Below, in pieces: positions 24,906 through 38,729 of a stretch of DNA of 64,000 nucleotides. The stretch lies in the NCBI GenBank assembly GCA_017654855.1, contig CM030333.1, forward strand, positions 2,294,001-2,358,000, given 5' to 3'. The first letter of the stretch is position 1; each line of letters opens with the position of its first letter. The stretch is from Podospora anserina (Eukaryota). The notes below the pieces were generated by a model. The model made no database searches, was not told where the DNA came from, and worked only from the letters and a program-made list of their open reading frames with translations. Both the position numbers and the translations under genes were made by a program.

Positions 24906-27187
24906 TGGATGTGGTTGTTTTCTGGTCTTGAGCTCTCCCTAGCTTTGAATGTGGTATTAAAAGAAGAAGTATGTTGGGAAAAGAATCCAGTTATTACTGG
25001 AAGCTGTCGCCTGGAGAAGAAAGGATGGCCAGTATTCGCAGCTGGAGGCGGGTACCGTGTGCTGGGAGGTGGTTGGCTGGCTGTGTTATTTGGTAGGTTG
25101 GTATTCGTCGTCGTCGTGGGTTACGGAAGCCGGGGCGAACACGCAACTGGCGGAAGGCACTGTGCTGAGCTGTGCTGGGGGGGCTTGGCTGAGAAGCACT
25201 GGCTGGCTGCAAAAAAAAAAAAAAGGGCGCTGGCAACTAGCGGGTGATGCGAATCAAGTTGGAGGCGGAGCGTCTGCCTTTGAACTTGAAGGCATTCATG
25301 AGTAGGTGGGAAGGGAGGAATTAACGGGGCTGTTAATTGTTAATTAGCGGTCACTAGGTTTCGGCGGTCGAGGAATCTCCGCTTTCCCTTCTCTTGTCTG
25401 GCACTGACAGCAACAAGCCTAGGTACTAGACGATGGCCCTTGGGTTGTGGTGGAGTTGGATGGCCGCTGCAGAGTGTCGTTTGTCTCTTGCTGCAACTTC
25501 TTCTTCGTCGTCGTCGTTCCGGGCTCAAGAAGTGAAGCTTGAGAAAAGGTTAAGGAAGACAAAACGAAAAGGAAACCCGTCGTTAGAGTTTAGGGGGCTG
25601 AAAAAAAGAGACAGCGTGCATGGACTGGCGCACTGTAGAATGCTCGTTGATAGGTAAAGAGGAGAAAGACAGTGGTATCGCGTCGGTACGATTGGATTGG
25701 CGGGGGGGTTGGACAGGGCGGGCACGGACTCTCCAGTGATTCTGGGGCACGCCTCTCTCTCCATGTTCTTGTCTCACGACCCCCTATTTTTTTGTTCTTG
25801 TTAAACTTGGGAAAAAGGAAGAACAAAAAGAAGAAGCCACACATGAATAAACATTCTCTCCATCCTGTCAAATACCTTCCACCTATGGCCCCCTCAAACC
25901 ATCCAACCTCACCTCACCCCTCAACCATCCCAGCCCAAACCTAACCCCCAACAAATCCCCAAACAGCCCAGCTTGGAGATGCCTGTCTTGCATTTGCCAT
26001 CCTCATGCCTTTCACAAGGGAAATCCTTTATACTCTTCGTTACCGCCTACCACCCGCCTTACAGATGCCCCCCCTTTTCACAACCAACCAACCCGACCCC
26101 ATCTTCAAAAAGGGGGCTCGTTCGTTCAGCATTGGAATCCAGTGGAGCAAAAAAGCTGATGCACATCCCATATGCAGGGGTTACAAAGTAGTTTCCCCCC
26201 CCCTCCACATCACTAACAAAAGCGGGGACATCCCCTTTCTTTCTCTCTCTGGGCAGTTTGATAGAAAACCATGCTTTGTCAAGTGAGCCCTAACCCGCCT
26301 CTGTGTTTCAACCTCTTCCATTTCCAACCGCTCAAGGTTGTTGTTTGTTATACAGCATTATCTAAATATCCAACAACCGCGAGATATTGAGTTGGTTTTG
26401 GCTCAGACGCGGGCTCGGAAAACCACCCGGTCTTGTATATGGAACCCACCTACTGACGTCGTCCACCCGTGGTCTGGTCATATTTCTCCCATCACTTTCA
26501 ACAACACTCTCAATATGGTTCAAAATCACAAAAAAAAACCCTTCCAACCACCTCCCATAAACAAAGTGGACATGTCTCATCCCATGCGAAACGCCCTCCA
26601 AAATTCTCCGGTAGGCCAACTGGACTTGGCCTGTTCGGCGTGGGGTGGACGCACCTTACCAAAGCACGCTGTTGCACACTCGATCCCGTCATTTTTCAGG
26701 GGTGCCCTCCACCACCTCACCAAGCACCCACTATCCACAATCCTCACCGCTTTCTCGTTTCCCTTTTCGCTGCTGGCCGTCTTGTTCACCTAGCCCTGTG
26801 GAATTTATACATGGCATTTATGCACTCTCATTCTCACAGGCTCAGTACATAAAGCCATCATCGTTGTGAATATCAAAAGTCATGTTATTCTTGATCTCTA
26901 ACCCCCTATTTTTGTTGAACCCATCTTTTTGATATACCGAACCGCCACCCCCCCCCCCCCCACCCCCCCCTTCCCCCTCATATGATGATATAATTTTTCC
27001 TTGCTCCATGTTGAAATGCTTTTTGTTCTTGCTCTCCCATCACTGACTCCGTCAACCAAGCAAACAAAAGAAAATGTCCAAAAAATATCACATCACACAC
27101 ATACAAAACACCAAAATATCCACCCATTATAAACAAACCAGATAAACCCATTTCCTCAGAAAACACACACACCCCCTATCTATATAT

Positions 27188-28357
27188 CTAATACAGAACC
27201 CGGGTAAGAATGCGTGAGCTGAGTCCGTCCAAGCTGTCCCGAATCTCCTTGATATCCTCCGGCCGGACGTCGCTAACATCGGCCATGAGGTAAGCAATGT
27301 CGCCCTTGGAGTCCGAAATCTGCTTGTCGACGTTGTGGTCGCCCAAGATCTCGTTCACCCTGCGCAGCACACCGGGCACGTTGCGATGGATGTAGATGAT
27401 GCGCGCGTGGTTGCTCTCGTCGAGGGTAAGCTGGCGCATGTTGACCTCGGGCAGGTTGACGCTCCCAAGGGTGACACCCTGGTTGATGTACCTCACGAGC
27501 GCATCCGCAACCTCAATACCAATCGCCCTCTGCGCCTCCTCCGTGCTACCACCGATATGAGGAGTCAAAATAATGTTGTTGAGACCGCGGAGCTCCTCCG
27601 CCCACGGGTTCAGGTCAGTGGTGAAGTAATCCCCATTCCCAGCCGGCTCATTAGGATAGACATCCAGCGCCGCACCAGCAACCTTGCCCGCCCTCATAGC
27701 CTTGATCAGCGCCGGGATATCAACCACCGTCCCACGGCTGGCATTAATAAGATAAGACCCATTCTTCATCTGCTCAAACTGCTTCGCCCCCAGCATGTTC
27801 TTCGTCTCCGGAGTCTCGGGCACATGCAGCGTGACAAAATCCGCCTCCCCAAGCAGCGCCTCCAGCGTAGGCACCTGCCTCGCGGTACCAATGGCCATCA
27901 AGCTGACCACGTCATAGTAAATGACATTCATCCCCATCGCCTCCGCCAACACCGACAGCTGCGAGCCAATATGCCCATACCCAACAATACCCAGCGTCTT
28001 GCCACGCACCTCCCAGCACTTGGCGCTGACCTTGTTCCAAGTGCCCCGGTGAAGCTCATTCGAGCGATCGCCCAGCTGGCGGGCAAGAGAGATAATCTCG
28101 GCAATCACCAACTCGGCCACACTGCGCGAGTTGGCAAAGGGAGAGTTGAAAACAGCGATACCCTGCTTGGCAGCATAATCCAGATCAACCTGGTTAGTGC
28201 CGATGCAGAAGCAGCCGATGACGAGAAGGTTCTTGGCCTCCTGGAGCACCTTGGCCGTCAACTTTGTCTTTGAGCGGATGCCAATGACGTGGACATCTCT
28301 GAAGTGTAAATGTCAGCAAATTTGAAGCCGGAATAAGGACTTATGAGGTGGTAGTAA

Positions 28358-28392
<35 letters not shown>

Positions 28393-28701
28393 ATAGTGAA
28401 CTCACCTAATCTTCTCAATCAACTGATCCTCCGGCAACGAAGCCTTGTGAAATTCAACCTGGTACCCCTGACCAGACAGAATATCCCTCCCGGTCTGGTT
28501 CACATTCTCCAGCAGCAGAATCTTGATGTCCTCCGTGCTGAACGGCTTGAGCTGCTTAGCAGCAGCGCGCAACGCAAGGCTGGCCATGAAGCTGCTCGAC
28601 GCGGGTGGTGAGTGGAAAGTAGCGGTAGGGGAAACACTGAGGCTGTTGGACACGGCAGGTCTAGCCAACGAAGACTGTGAGATTGGTTTTGGGGTTGTCA
28701 T
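27188..28701 (-). CDS. SER3: D-3-phosphoglycerate dehydrogenase
   Basis: LKPFSTEDIKILLLENVNQTG, IGCFCIGTNQVDL, LGIVGYGHIGSQL, LINASRG, ILTPHIGGSTEEAQ and a C-terminal ACT domain. Intron about 28278-28405. Stop TAG 27188-27190. Confidence 0.95.
28351..28397. repeat. (TAG/GTA)n trinucleotide microsatellite in the SER3 intron
   Basis: gtagtaatagtagtagtagt… about 15 units. Confidence 0.85.
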
Positions 28702-28747
28702 TGTGGCAGTTTTCCTTTTCAACTGGCGGAATCAAGAAAAAAGATAT

Positions 28748-28984
28748 TGACTCAAAAGGCGGCGGCAACAGGGAACAGGCTTTGTAACATGGGCTAATAA
28801 AGCTTCTTCGCGGTCAGAAAAAGTTGGGTAAAGTTTTGAGTCGAGATTGAAGAAGAAAAAGGTCCCCCGAACAAACAAGGCGTGGGATGTGTCACCTCTT
28901 TGAATACTCAGCCCGTGGTTCAAGGTCGATCCACGGTGGGATGGTTCCATGGTGGGGTTTCTTGGGGATGGCGGGGTTGACTCA
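28748..28984. promoter_or_regulatory. Two TGACTCA Gcn4/CPC-1-type sites upstream of SER3
   Basis: Perfect TGACTCA at 28748-28754 and 28978-28984. Confidence 0.5.
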
Positions 28985-30095
28985 CTGTGTGGTGGGTTCA
29001 CGCTGGCTAAAAGAAAACTTTTTGGGCCATCCATGACGGAATGCGAGTTCTTCATTCGACAAGCCCACACCTGCGCCTCCGATCAAGGCGTGCTCGCCCT
29101 GACTACGTACCTACTCACTCTAGACTATACTGTACGTTCTATAGAACACCCAATGGCTCTCTTTTGGTTTATTTTCGGTTCCCGGGCCCTTCACGTAGCA
29201 TACCTCTTTGACAAAATGGAACTATGTTATCCAACACATCCATAGACACTACCTCGACTCTTTGTCTCTTGTCCAGGTACCAAAAGTATAGCATAGCACT
29301 TACATCCAGGGTCTACCACCAATGGTTGTCTATTCCGGTCCGGATACCGGGACATTCCTGGATCTGTCGAAACACCAAAAATGGAACAATCGCCTCAATG
29401 TATCACCTAATTTTCCGGGTCAAGAGGCCCCCATACCAATGAACATTCACCCCGCATAATCGCCGCATATGTACGGCTCAGCTGCACACCGTGTGCCGGG
29501 GTCGCAATGAGTCGACTTCGATCCGACATCCTGGGCCCGCTCAGCAGCGACTACGGAGGCCCTCAGATCAGACATGGACAAAATAAAAGACACCTCATGA
29601 TGATCACGATGTTGATGAGTTTGCTACATAATGTGAATTCACTGCCTACTGACTGCTGGGCTCAGGTGCCATAAACCTAATACCAAGTGTTCCCATACAG
29701 TGCTCGAGACTCGTCCTGCCCCCAGTTGTGAGCCCCCCTTTTTGTCTGCCTTCTAGTATGCCCTCACATCTCGGGAAAAGACAATCGCTTCCCACCCGCA
29801 CAAATGAAAATTGAAAAACCCATAAACAAACTGAGACGAGGAGAAGCCATCAAACGCAAAGGGCATGCAAAGACAAGACATATTACCCGGAAATGTCCTC
29901 AAAAACAAGTACAAATCAGAGCTCAATTTCGGCACTCCTGCATGTCCATCATTCGCCGTATTGCTCCCTAATGGAGCCTGCTGATGAGCAGTGTAATTGG
30001 GACACCAGTGAAAAAAAGGCCCGGGTAGAGGGCGGAGGGGCGATTGCCCGATCAATGAAGTATGCTAGGCCATGTTGGCGAGAAGTCTACACCAT

Positions 30096-31617
30096 TTAGC
30101 TTTGCTTGCACTCCGAGGGCTCCTGCTTGGGCTTGCTGCCATCCTCCTGGAAAGCTGTCAGTCTTTGACCTTTGTCTGGTGGACAAAATTGATTCTTACC
30201 TCTTCCTCCTCGGACTCGTCCTCATCATCGTGGTCCTCGCTGTCATCGTCCTCGTCATCCTCATCATCGTCGTCGAAATCGGCATAGTCCTCCTCGTCCA
30301 ACTCCTCGAAAGCGAGGGCCTCGCCGGTGAACCAGTCGATGGCGCGGGGAATAAGCTTCTCCTTGATGTCCTCACCGAGCTGGTAGTCGAGCTCGAGACG
30401 CTCCTCAATATCCTCGGCCGCCTCGTCGTCGTCGTCGGTGGGGGGCTTGGGGGGCGAGAAGAAGTTGAAGAAGGACTCGGTTGGGACAGTCTTCTTAACG
30501 ATGCGAGTCTGCTTCGTGGCTGGTTTGTGTTAGAAAAAACCCCAATTTTACACGAGTTTTCGCCTTCAACTTACTCTTGTTACGTTGCTTCTTCTGTTCG
30601 ATGCGAACGGTAAGATCCTGACCGGCCTTCCAGTCGATCTTGTCACCCTCGGCATGGTCATAAATGAAGTCACCGCCATACCCGCTCTCGTTCTGGTAGT
30701 AGTAGGTCTTGGTGATGATCTTGTTGGTGAAAAACTCGTTCTCAGCGAACTCGAAGATCAGGCGGAAACCGGGCTTGTCGAGGTACTCCATGCGGATGTC
30801 GATCAGGGACTTGAGAGCGCCCTCATCGCGGTCGGTGATCATCTCGGCAAGGGAGATCTGGTTCTTCATGGCAGAGAGCCAGAACTCGGGAATACCGCTG
30901 ACCTTACCGCCGTCGGTGGCGCCCTTGTTCTCGACAGCGGCGCCCTCCGCCTTGTCCTCATCCTCCTCGCCGGCCTTGACGAGGTCCTCGGTGGGCTCGG
31001 TCTTGCCGTTGACGATGGCGGCACGCTGCTCATAGAGAGGGGTGAACTTGGCGAAGAATTTCTTCTCGAGCTGAAGGACCTCCTCCTGGAACTCGGCCTC
31101 GAGCTTGGAGTGCTCTTTCTGGATGCCCTTGAGACCGGAGACACGGCGCTTGACCTCGGCAGGGAGCGACTCAATGTAGCCGGAAGACTTGCCAACGAGG
31201 GAACCGAGACGGCCCTGGATCAGAGACACGAGGCGGGGGTCGTGAGCAAAGATGGAAGCGGCAGTGACACCACCACCCAGATCCTCTGCGTCATGCAAAA
31301 TGGTCAGTTCATGATCACAAGCCAAATCTTGTTGGGCCGCAACAACGGCGGGGTAGATGGGGGAGATGAATACGAACCTTCATTGATGCTAGCAACTCCG
31401 GGCTGCTGGGCGTGCGATGAGATGGGAGCTGCGTTCAAAGGTGTGTTCTGAGGAGTGCTGTTGTCGACGAGTCGCAGTCAGTACAGGACGGGCAGGGCAG
31501 ACAGCTTATCGCCAGTCGGCCGGGGGCAGTCGACCGACTGGCAAGCAGACAGAATGCCGAGAAAACTTACGGGGCAACGGCGGGGTCGGGCCGCTTGTTC
31601 TTAATCGGTTCGGCCAT
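30096..31617 (-). CDS. NAP1: Nucleosome assembly protein 1
   Basis: [11 protein letters not shown]…; [67 protein letters not shown], acidic tail, ends …EPSECKQS* (TAA 30096-30098). About 4 introns. Confidence 0.95.
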
Positions 31618-33603
31618 TTTGATTGACTGATTGTGATGATGGACGGGGATGGGGATCGTGCAAACAGCGGCACCAACAGGCGATTTGTGAGGGCAGAACG
31701 AGGAGAAAGAACTGCACGGAAACAGCGGGTGGTGAAGCGTCGACAGATTGCTCAGAGCCGGAGGAAATGTTGAGGGAGGGGAAGGAAAAGCTATCAATGG
31801 GTCACTAAAAAATTTGCGGGGCAACCTTACGCCTCTGCCTCCCACCGGCCTGTGCGGTCACTGGGCGTTCACTGCCTGCACCCAACACTCACAGTGGCTC
31901 TACGCGTCTTTTTTCCCTCTTTTTTACTGGGCGTGGTCTGGATCGCGATGGCAATGTTCCTAACCGTTGCTTTCTCCAATCCGTGAACCGAAGCTTAGCA
32001 TGCCTCACCCATGAGTCGCATCTCGAATCTCCACACCGGACCACAGCCATCACCAAGGGCCCTCCTAGTTGACGTGGCAGCCGTGGCAGCCTCTTCCGGC
32101 TCTTGCTAATGCTAGGTAGCAGAAATTTGCTTTGGTTTCTTCACCTTCACCGCTCTCTGCGGCCCTACTGTCACTCACTCATCTTGCCCTTTGTCAGAGA
32201 GCATGGCATGTCATGGCATATCACCAGCCTATCTAGGGCTTCGCCATCCATCCGGCCCCGTCAAAGTTTCCAGGGATGGCATCTAAATTTTCTTTCGCCT
32301 CCCACCTCCCACCTCCCACTTCCAGCCCACCGACTTTCCGTCTCCACCTGTCAAACTCGCTTTTACTTTTGGGAGGGACCCTTTGACTCCTCATCCGAAG
32401 CCGATGATTACACAGCACAGTAGACACAATGAACACACGCCATCACAGACAGGTCTTGTTTCTGCTGCATATGGACTTTTGACAAGCAAAGTAAGTGTAT
32501 TGTCACAAAGTACATATGTCTTCTAAATCGATCGGGCGATATCAATGATCACGGGATCTCCGGGAATTTCAACTTAGTTACCCGTGTGGGCATCCTTCAG
32601 ATGACTGCATACTTGCAGATATAATGCCAAGAGGCCGGTAGCCAGCCAACACTCAACATTTACCTGAACAAATGGTGTTGAGGGATGACAGATGGATGTC
32701 GGCTACGGAGCATCACGGAAGTCCAATGTCTACCGAGGATCCCGTTGCTCGCCACCTTTTGCAGGATTCGTGCAAGGTAGCCCCAAGTCTGCCAGACCAT
32801 TGTTCATCTCACGATGCCAGCTACACATATGAGCCTCAAGATTCCCTACGCTGTTGGCTGGCATATTTTTAAGCCTCCTAAGTAATCTTTGAGCCAAGAA
32901 CCATTGTAGTTTTGTCTGTGGACCCCCACTTACACAACCAAAAGAGGAAAGATTCTTATAAGCGGTACGGAGAATAGTGTATGAGCACCACATTGGAACA
33001 CACTCCCACACATCTACCTAGTTACCCAAGAACTGATCGGCGAATCGGTACCCAGAGTGCCAAAGGTCCCAAATATTGACTTTGAAGCCTGAATAAAATG
33101 CAGGGACACGTCTAGTGGCACCTTGAGGCATATGCATGGAGCAGACATGCACCCCATGACCCACATGAAATGTAGTATGATTCTGCAACTAGACACACAA
33201 TGTTCCATGTCATCCAACATACAAGCTATATATCCAGTAGTCCATCTGACTACTTACTTGACGTCTATTAATCTTTAGGAATAACTACATCCTCCGCATT
33301 TTGTATGAATGGTATTTTAGGTCATCAAGAGTGTTGCTGGCCTGCCAAGACGCACCATGCAGCTATCCGAGTAGATCCAATCGAGTCCGACGTCATGGTG
33401 CTTATCAGAACCAGCTCCACAACCGCTCTGTTCTCCGTACCTGAATTCTAGCTTCGGTTCATCCATTTCACCCACGCGCTCAGCTATACCACGGCCAATC
33501 CATTGGCAGCTGCTGTTGACAATGCGCATGCGATCAATTTTTCTCTCTCCAGAACCTTGCTGAGGATCTATCAGCTGCCTTCCGCTTTATACCCCAAACC
33601 AAC

Positions 33604-36600
33604 ATGGAAAACGACCGAGATCACGATCTGCCGCCGGCGGCAAGCAACCGAAATGGCTTTTATAGTCTCCAAGGAAACCACAGCAGCGTCAGCGTTTTCG
33701 AGGATGTTGAGATGGCGCACGATGAGGTGAGTGGAACCGTGCACAATCCAAGCCTGCGGCAGTGGTACTAACCACACACATAGCTCTACTCGGGGCCGAT
33801 GGCTGAATCGTTACCCACGAGTGTCTCTGCCTTTCATCACCGCCGCTCACGAGCCGATTCCACAGCAAGCTTCTCATTCTGGCAGGAAGAAGATGAACTG
33901 AATGACCCCCTTGCGATAGAGGAGCGGCGCATCGGGGATCTGGACGAGCTCCCGTTCGACGACGAACTCGACGAGGAACAGGACTCTACCGACCTCGAAC
34001 GAACCGCCGAGGAAAACGATTACGTCCTCCATCGGCGCGCATCCATGCAATCCCGAGGGGACTCTGTGCACAGTATGTTGCTACGTAGGGACAGTGGCAC
34101 ATCGGCAGGGAGTGGATATGGGTCGAATCGACACAGTCAAAAGGCGCATATTCAGAATGAGGACCTCTACATTGCGATCGCCGGGTTCAGAACCAGTAAA
34201 ATCGGCTATGCTCTGTACCTTTTGATATGCGTATTCACGTTGGGGGTAGGGTGGCTAATCTTCTACTGGTCGCCAAAGTGGCGAGTCAAGCTGGTTGGGA
34301 GGTCCGCGCTCCTCAGGGAGTGCGAGTGGGTGGTGGTGGAAAACTCGTGGAACGAGATGACCGCGGTGGATGTGGTATCGAAGGAGTATGGGAGGACGCT
34401 TTCGACAGTTTTTGGGTCGCCTTCCAAGTTCACTTCGTACCTCCTGGATGACGATCCAGATCCAATTCTTCCGGAACTGAGGTACATAGACTATCGCCAC
34501 ATTCGCTTCTTCTTCCACCCTGTGCGCGACAAATTTCTCATCTGCAATGGCTGGAAGGATCCCCTCTGGACAGATGTCCAAGACGTTCGCAATGGTATCG
34601 ACAACGACGAGCAGGTCAGCCGTCGCACTGTCTTTGGGAAAAACGATATCAATATCGAAAAGAAGACTATTGGCCAGCTCCTCGTGAAGGAAGTAGGTTT
34701 CCCCCCATATATGTGAATTCGAAGAAAGCCCGGTTGCTGACAAAGTTCAGGTCTTTCACCCATTCTACGTGTTTCAAGTCGCCAGTCTTGTCCTATGGTC
34801 TCTGGACGAATACTACTACTACGCTTGCGCCATCTTCTTGATCTCGGCCATTTCTATCATACAGACTTTGATAGAAACACGGCAGACTGAGAGGAGACTT
34901 CGGGACATTTCTCGGTTTGAGTGTGATGTCAGAATCTGTCGACACGGCTTCTGTAAGTTTCTCTCCTCTTTTGAGGTCAATGGGCACTTCTTGCGGTATT
35001 CTAGCGCAGCATCCTCTTTGCCACATGACCACAGACCATTTCTAGTCCGTGATAGCCGCTAATACAACCCCAGGGAACACAATCCTCTCAAGCGAACTAG
35101 TACCCGGTGACGTCTACGAAGTCAGCGACCCCAGGTTGACTCAGTTTCCTGCCGATAGCATCCTTCTAAGCGGTGACTGCATTGTCAACGAGAGCATGCT
35201 CACAGGAGAATCGATACCTGTAACCAAAACCCCAGCTACAAACGACACGCTTCAGAAGCTTGATTTGAATGCTCCAACACCAGTAGCCGAGGTGGCCAAA
35301 CACACTCTGTTTTGCGGAACCAAGATCATCCGCGCTCGAAGGCCTCAGAATGAAGATGAACAAGCTGTTGCTCTTGCCATGGTTATCAAGACCGGCTTCA
35401 ACACAACAAAGGGTGCCTTGGTTCGGTCAATGCTCTTCCCGAAGCCGTCTGGCTTCAAGTTCTACAGAGATTCCTTCCGGTACATTGGTGTGATGGCCAT
35501 TGTGGCAGCTGTTGGTTTCTTGGCCAGTATCGTCAACTTCATTCACCTTGGCTTGGCGTGGCATGAAATCATCATTCGCGCCCTGGATCTGATCACGATT
35601 GTGGTTCCACCGGCGTTGCCAGCCACCTTGACTATTGGCACCACCTTTGCGGTGCGCCGGCTCAAGAGACAGAACATCTTTTGCACGAGCCCGCAGAGGG
35701 TCCAGGTTGGAGGAAAACTTGACATTATGTGCTTTGACAAGACTGGGACTTTGACAGAGGAGGGCCTTGACATCCTTGGTGTGCATCTCGTTTCTAGGGA
35801 CACCAACAAGTTTATTGATTTGATTGAGAATCCTGATGATTTGGCGGTTGGTCATGACCAGCCCCCTGCTGTGGGGGGTAAGCCTGACACCAGGTCGACG
35901 GCGCTTTATACCATGGCCACTTGCCATGCGCTGAGGAAGATCGATGGCGAGATGCTCGGGGAGCCTCTTGAGCTAAAGATGTTTGAGTTTACAAAGTGGT
36001 CTTTCGAAGAGGGTGACCTGGGTGGTGGAAGAGGGGATGACGAGGAGCAAGGAACTCTGAAGCCTTCAATCGCTAGGCCGCCTCCGGACGCGAAAGCTGA
36101 TGGCACTGGGGAGGCATCTTCTATCGAACTGGGTGTGCTCAAGTCGTTTGAGTTTGTGTCTCATCTTCGCCGGGCCAGTGTCATTGTCAAAGACTTTGGC
36201 AAGCCAAGCGGAGACATTTATGTCAAGGGTTCGCCTGAGTGTATGAGGGAGATTTGCAAGCCAGAGACATTCCCTGAGGACTATGACGAGGTCTTGGGGC
36301 AGTATACTCGCAAGGGGTACAGAGTCATCGCTTGTGCCTCGAGACATATCAAGAAGCTCAGCTGGGTCAAGGCTCAGAAGATGCACAGGCATGATGTCGA
36401 GTCGAACCTCGAGTTTGTCGGCTTCATCATTTTTGAGAACAAGCTCAAGCCTACCACGGCGGCGGTACTCAAGGAGCTTGGAGATTCTAATATCGGAACT
36501 GTCATGGTTACCGGCGACAACATCTTGACCGCCATCAGTGTGGCGAGGGAATCTGGCATGATCAGCGAGACGGCACATTGTTTCTACGCTCGGTTCGCAA

Positions 36601-37891
36601 CAGGGCACACCAAAGACCCCAACGCCGAGTTACAGTGGGAGAGTATCGACAACCCCATCTACCGTCTCGATCCCCGAACCCTACTCCCACTACCGGCTCC
36701 TCCGGAAGGCGACGCCTCGCTACCATACGACATCTCTAACATGAGGAATTACTCCATCGCAGTCTCAGGCGATGTCTTCCGCTGGGTAGTCGACTACGCC
36801 CCAGCAGAAGTAATGCAGCGCATGCTCGTCACCGGCAAGGTCTTTGCGCGCATGTCGCCAGATGAGAAGCACGAGCTGGTCGACAAGCTTCAGAGCATCG
36901 ACTACTCGTGCGGCTTCTGCGGCGACGGCGCCAACGACTGCGGCGCGCTCAAGGCAGCCGACGTTGGGATCTCCCTCTCGGAAGCGGAAGCCTCTGTCGC
37001 AGCCCCTTTCACCTCGCGCGTCTTTGACATCACGTGCGTCCCCAAAGTGATAAGGGAAGGCCGGGCCGCGTTGGTGACGTCGTTTGCCTGTTTCAAGTAC
37101 ATGAGTCTCTACTCGGCGATCCAGTTCACGACAGTCTCGTTCCTCTACGCGTCTGCTTCCAACCTGGGGGATTTTCAGTTTCTGTATATTGACCTGGCGT
37201 TGATCCTGCCGATAGCGGTGTTTATGGGGTGGTCGAAACCGTACCCGGTGCTGTGCAAGAAGAAGCCGATTGCGGATTTGGTGTCTAGAAAGGTGCTGAC
37301 GCCGTTGATGTGCCACATGGTGGTTTGTGTCGGTATCCAAACGGTGGCGTTTGTGGGGGTGAGGGGGATGGAGGGGTTTATTGCGCCGACGACGCCAAAA
37401 CCGGGGGAGAAGCCGGATGTGGAGAATAGCGAGGTGACGGGGTTGTTTCTGGTTAGTTGCTGGCAGTATGTGCTTGCGGGGTGGGTGTTGAATGCTGGGA
37501 GGCCGTTTAGGGAGGGGGTGGGGAAGAATTGTGAGTATTATACATTCCCGGGGGAGATGAAAGGGGGTGGTGATGATGGCTGACAATGATGATAGGGCCT
37601 TTTTTGGTCACGATGGCGACTGCGTTGGGGTTGAATGGGTTTATGGCTGTTGCGCCGCCGGAGTGGATTGGGTTTATGAGGTTGACGAGGACGAGTTGGG
37701 AGTACAAGGTTGTGTTTGTTTTTGGGTTGGGGGCGGGGGTATATTTGGGGTTGGCGTGGGTGGGAGAGCATTATGTTTTTCAGAGGTTGGCGGGGTGGGT
37801 TGGGCGGGTCAAGGGGTGGCTGAGGGGGGGGGAGAAGGGGGGTAAGAAGAGGAAGGAGTACAAGGTTATTTTGGAGAGGATGAGGTTTTGA
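33604..37891 (+). CDS. YPK9: P5B-type ATPase (Ypk9/ATP13A2 family)
   Basis: LTGES, PPALP (P5B signature), DKTGTLT phosphorylation site, KGSPE, MVTGDN, GDGANDCGALK. Introns about 33727-33783, 34693-34750, 34953-35073, 37531-37595. Confidence 0.9.
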
Positions 37892-38025
37892 TGGGTGTAA
37901 GGGATGGAATGGGGTGGGCTGGTTGGACATTGGAGAATGGGGAGAGCTAGGTAGGGGATGGGTATGACTATACGAGGATATGTAGGTTATGGATGGATAG
38001 ACATGAGTCTTTTTGGGCTGGGCTG

Positions 38026-38072
38026 GCTGGCGTTGGTAAGGACTGGGTCAGCTGGCGTTGGTAAGGACTGGG
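38026..38072. repeat. Tandem duplication of a 22-mer (period 25)
   Basis: gctggcgttggtaaggactggg at 38026-38047 and 38051-38072. Confidence 0.85.
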
Positions 38073-38493
38073 CGGAAACGTGTGGCAAGAGATAGAGGAT
38101 ATACAGACTTGTAGTCAAGGTCTCGAGCGAAAGTTGAAATATGTTTGGGTTGTGATTGGGGTGGGTAGGTGGGTGTGATGTGTGTGTTTGACAAGTAGGG
38201 AAGATGTGTCTCGTTTTGACATGGCGGGTTTCTCCGAAAGTATTGAGAACCAGTGGGCTGTATAATCTTGCTACTTAGAGATTAACGTATAATATCAACT
38301 GAACAGCAAACAATGTGACTGTTAAACTGATTTAATTTGGTATCTCCTTCCTCTCTTGCTCTTGGCTTCCTCCTCGGCCTGTTGTCCGTCCGTCTAGTTG
38401 GGTCTGCGTTATTGCTACTTTGGCGCCTGACCATGTATCTACATTTATTTCTCTTCACCACCTCGTCGTTTTCATATCCTCGATGCGAGTCGT

Positions 38494-38729
38494 TTAGTGA
38501 TCCCAGGGGTGCTTCCAGCCGAGAAGGACAGGTCCTGTTCTTCTTGTGAGTAACACTGTTCTGGCTCGAGGGGTAGAGCTGAGAAAGACATACCGTCCTC
38601 CTTCGCCTTGTAAAAGATCCAGAACCACATGGAAGCTCCCAGGCCGGTGGCGGTATAGCGGTAGAGGGGCCGGATGGGGGGGCCGGCGAGTTGGGAGCGG
38701 GGGAGGGCTCGGGAGAAGCGGGCGAACAT
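38494..38729 (-). CDS. Small mitochondrial complex I accessory subunit, NDUFB2-like
   Basis: MFARFSRALPRSQLAGPPIRPLYRYTATGLGASMWFWIFYKAKEDG|PVLLGWKHPWDH*. One intron (about 38534-38593) and a probable 5'UTR intron (about 38753-38815). The C-terminal GWKHPWDH matches the fungal NADH_B2 family as I recall it. Confidence 0.75.

Noticed and set aside
31900-33500. Long NAP1-YPK9 intergenic region with short ORFs
   Set aside because: No coherent coding signal, tRNA boxes or terminal repeats found by eye.
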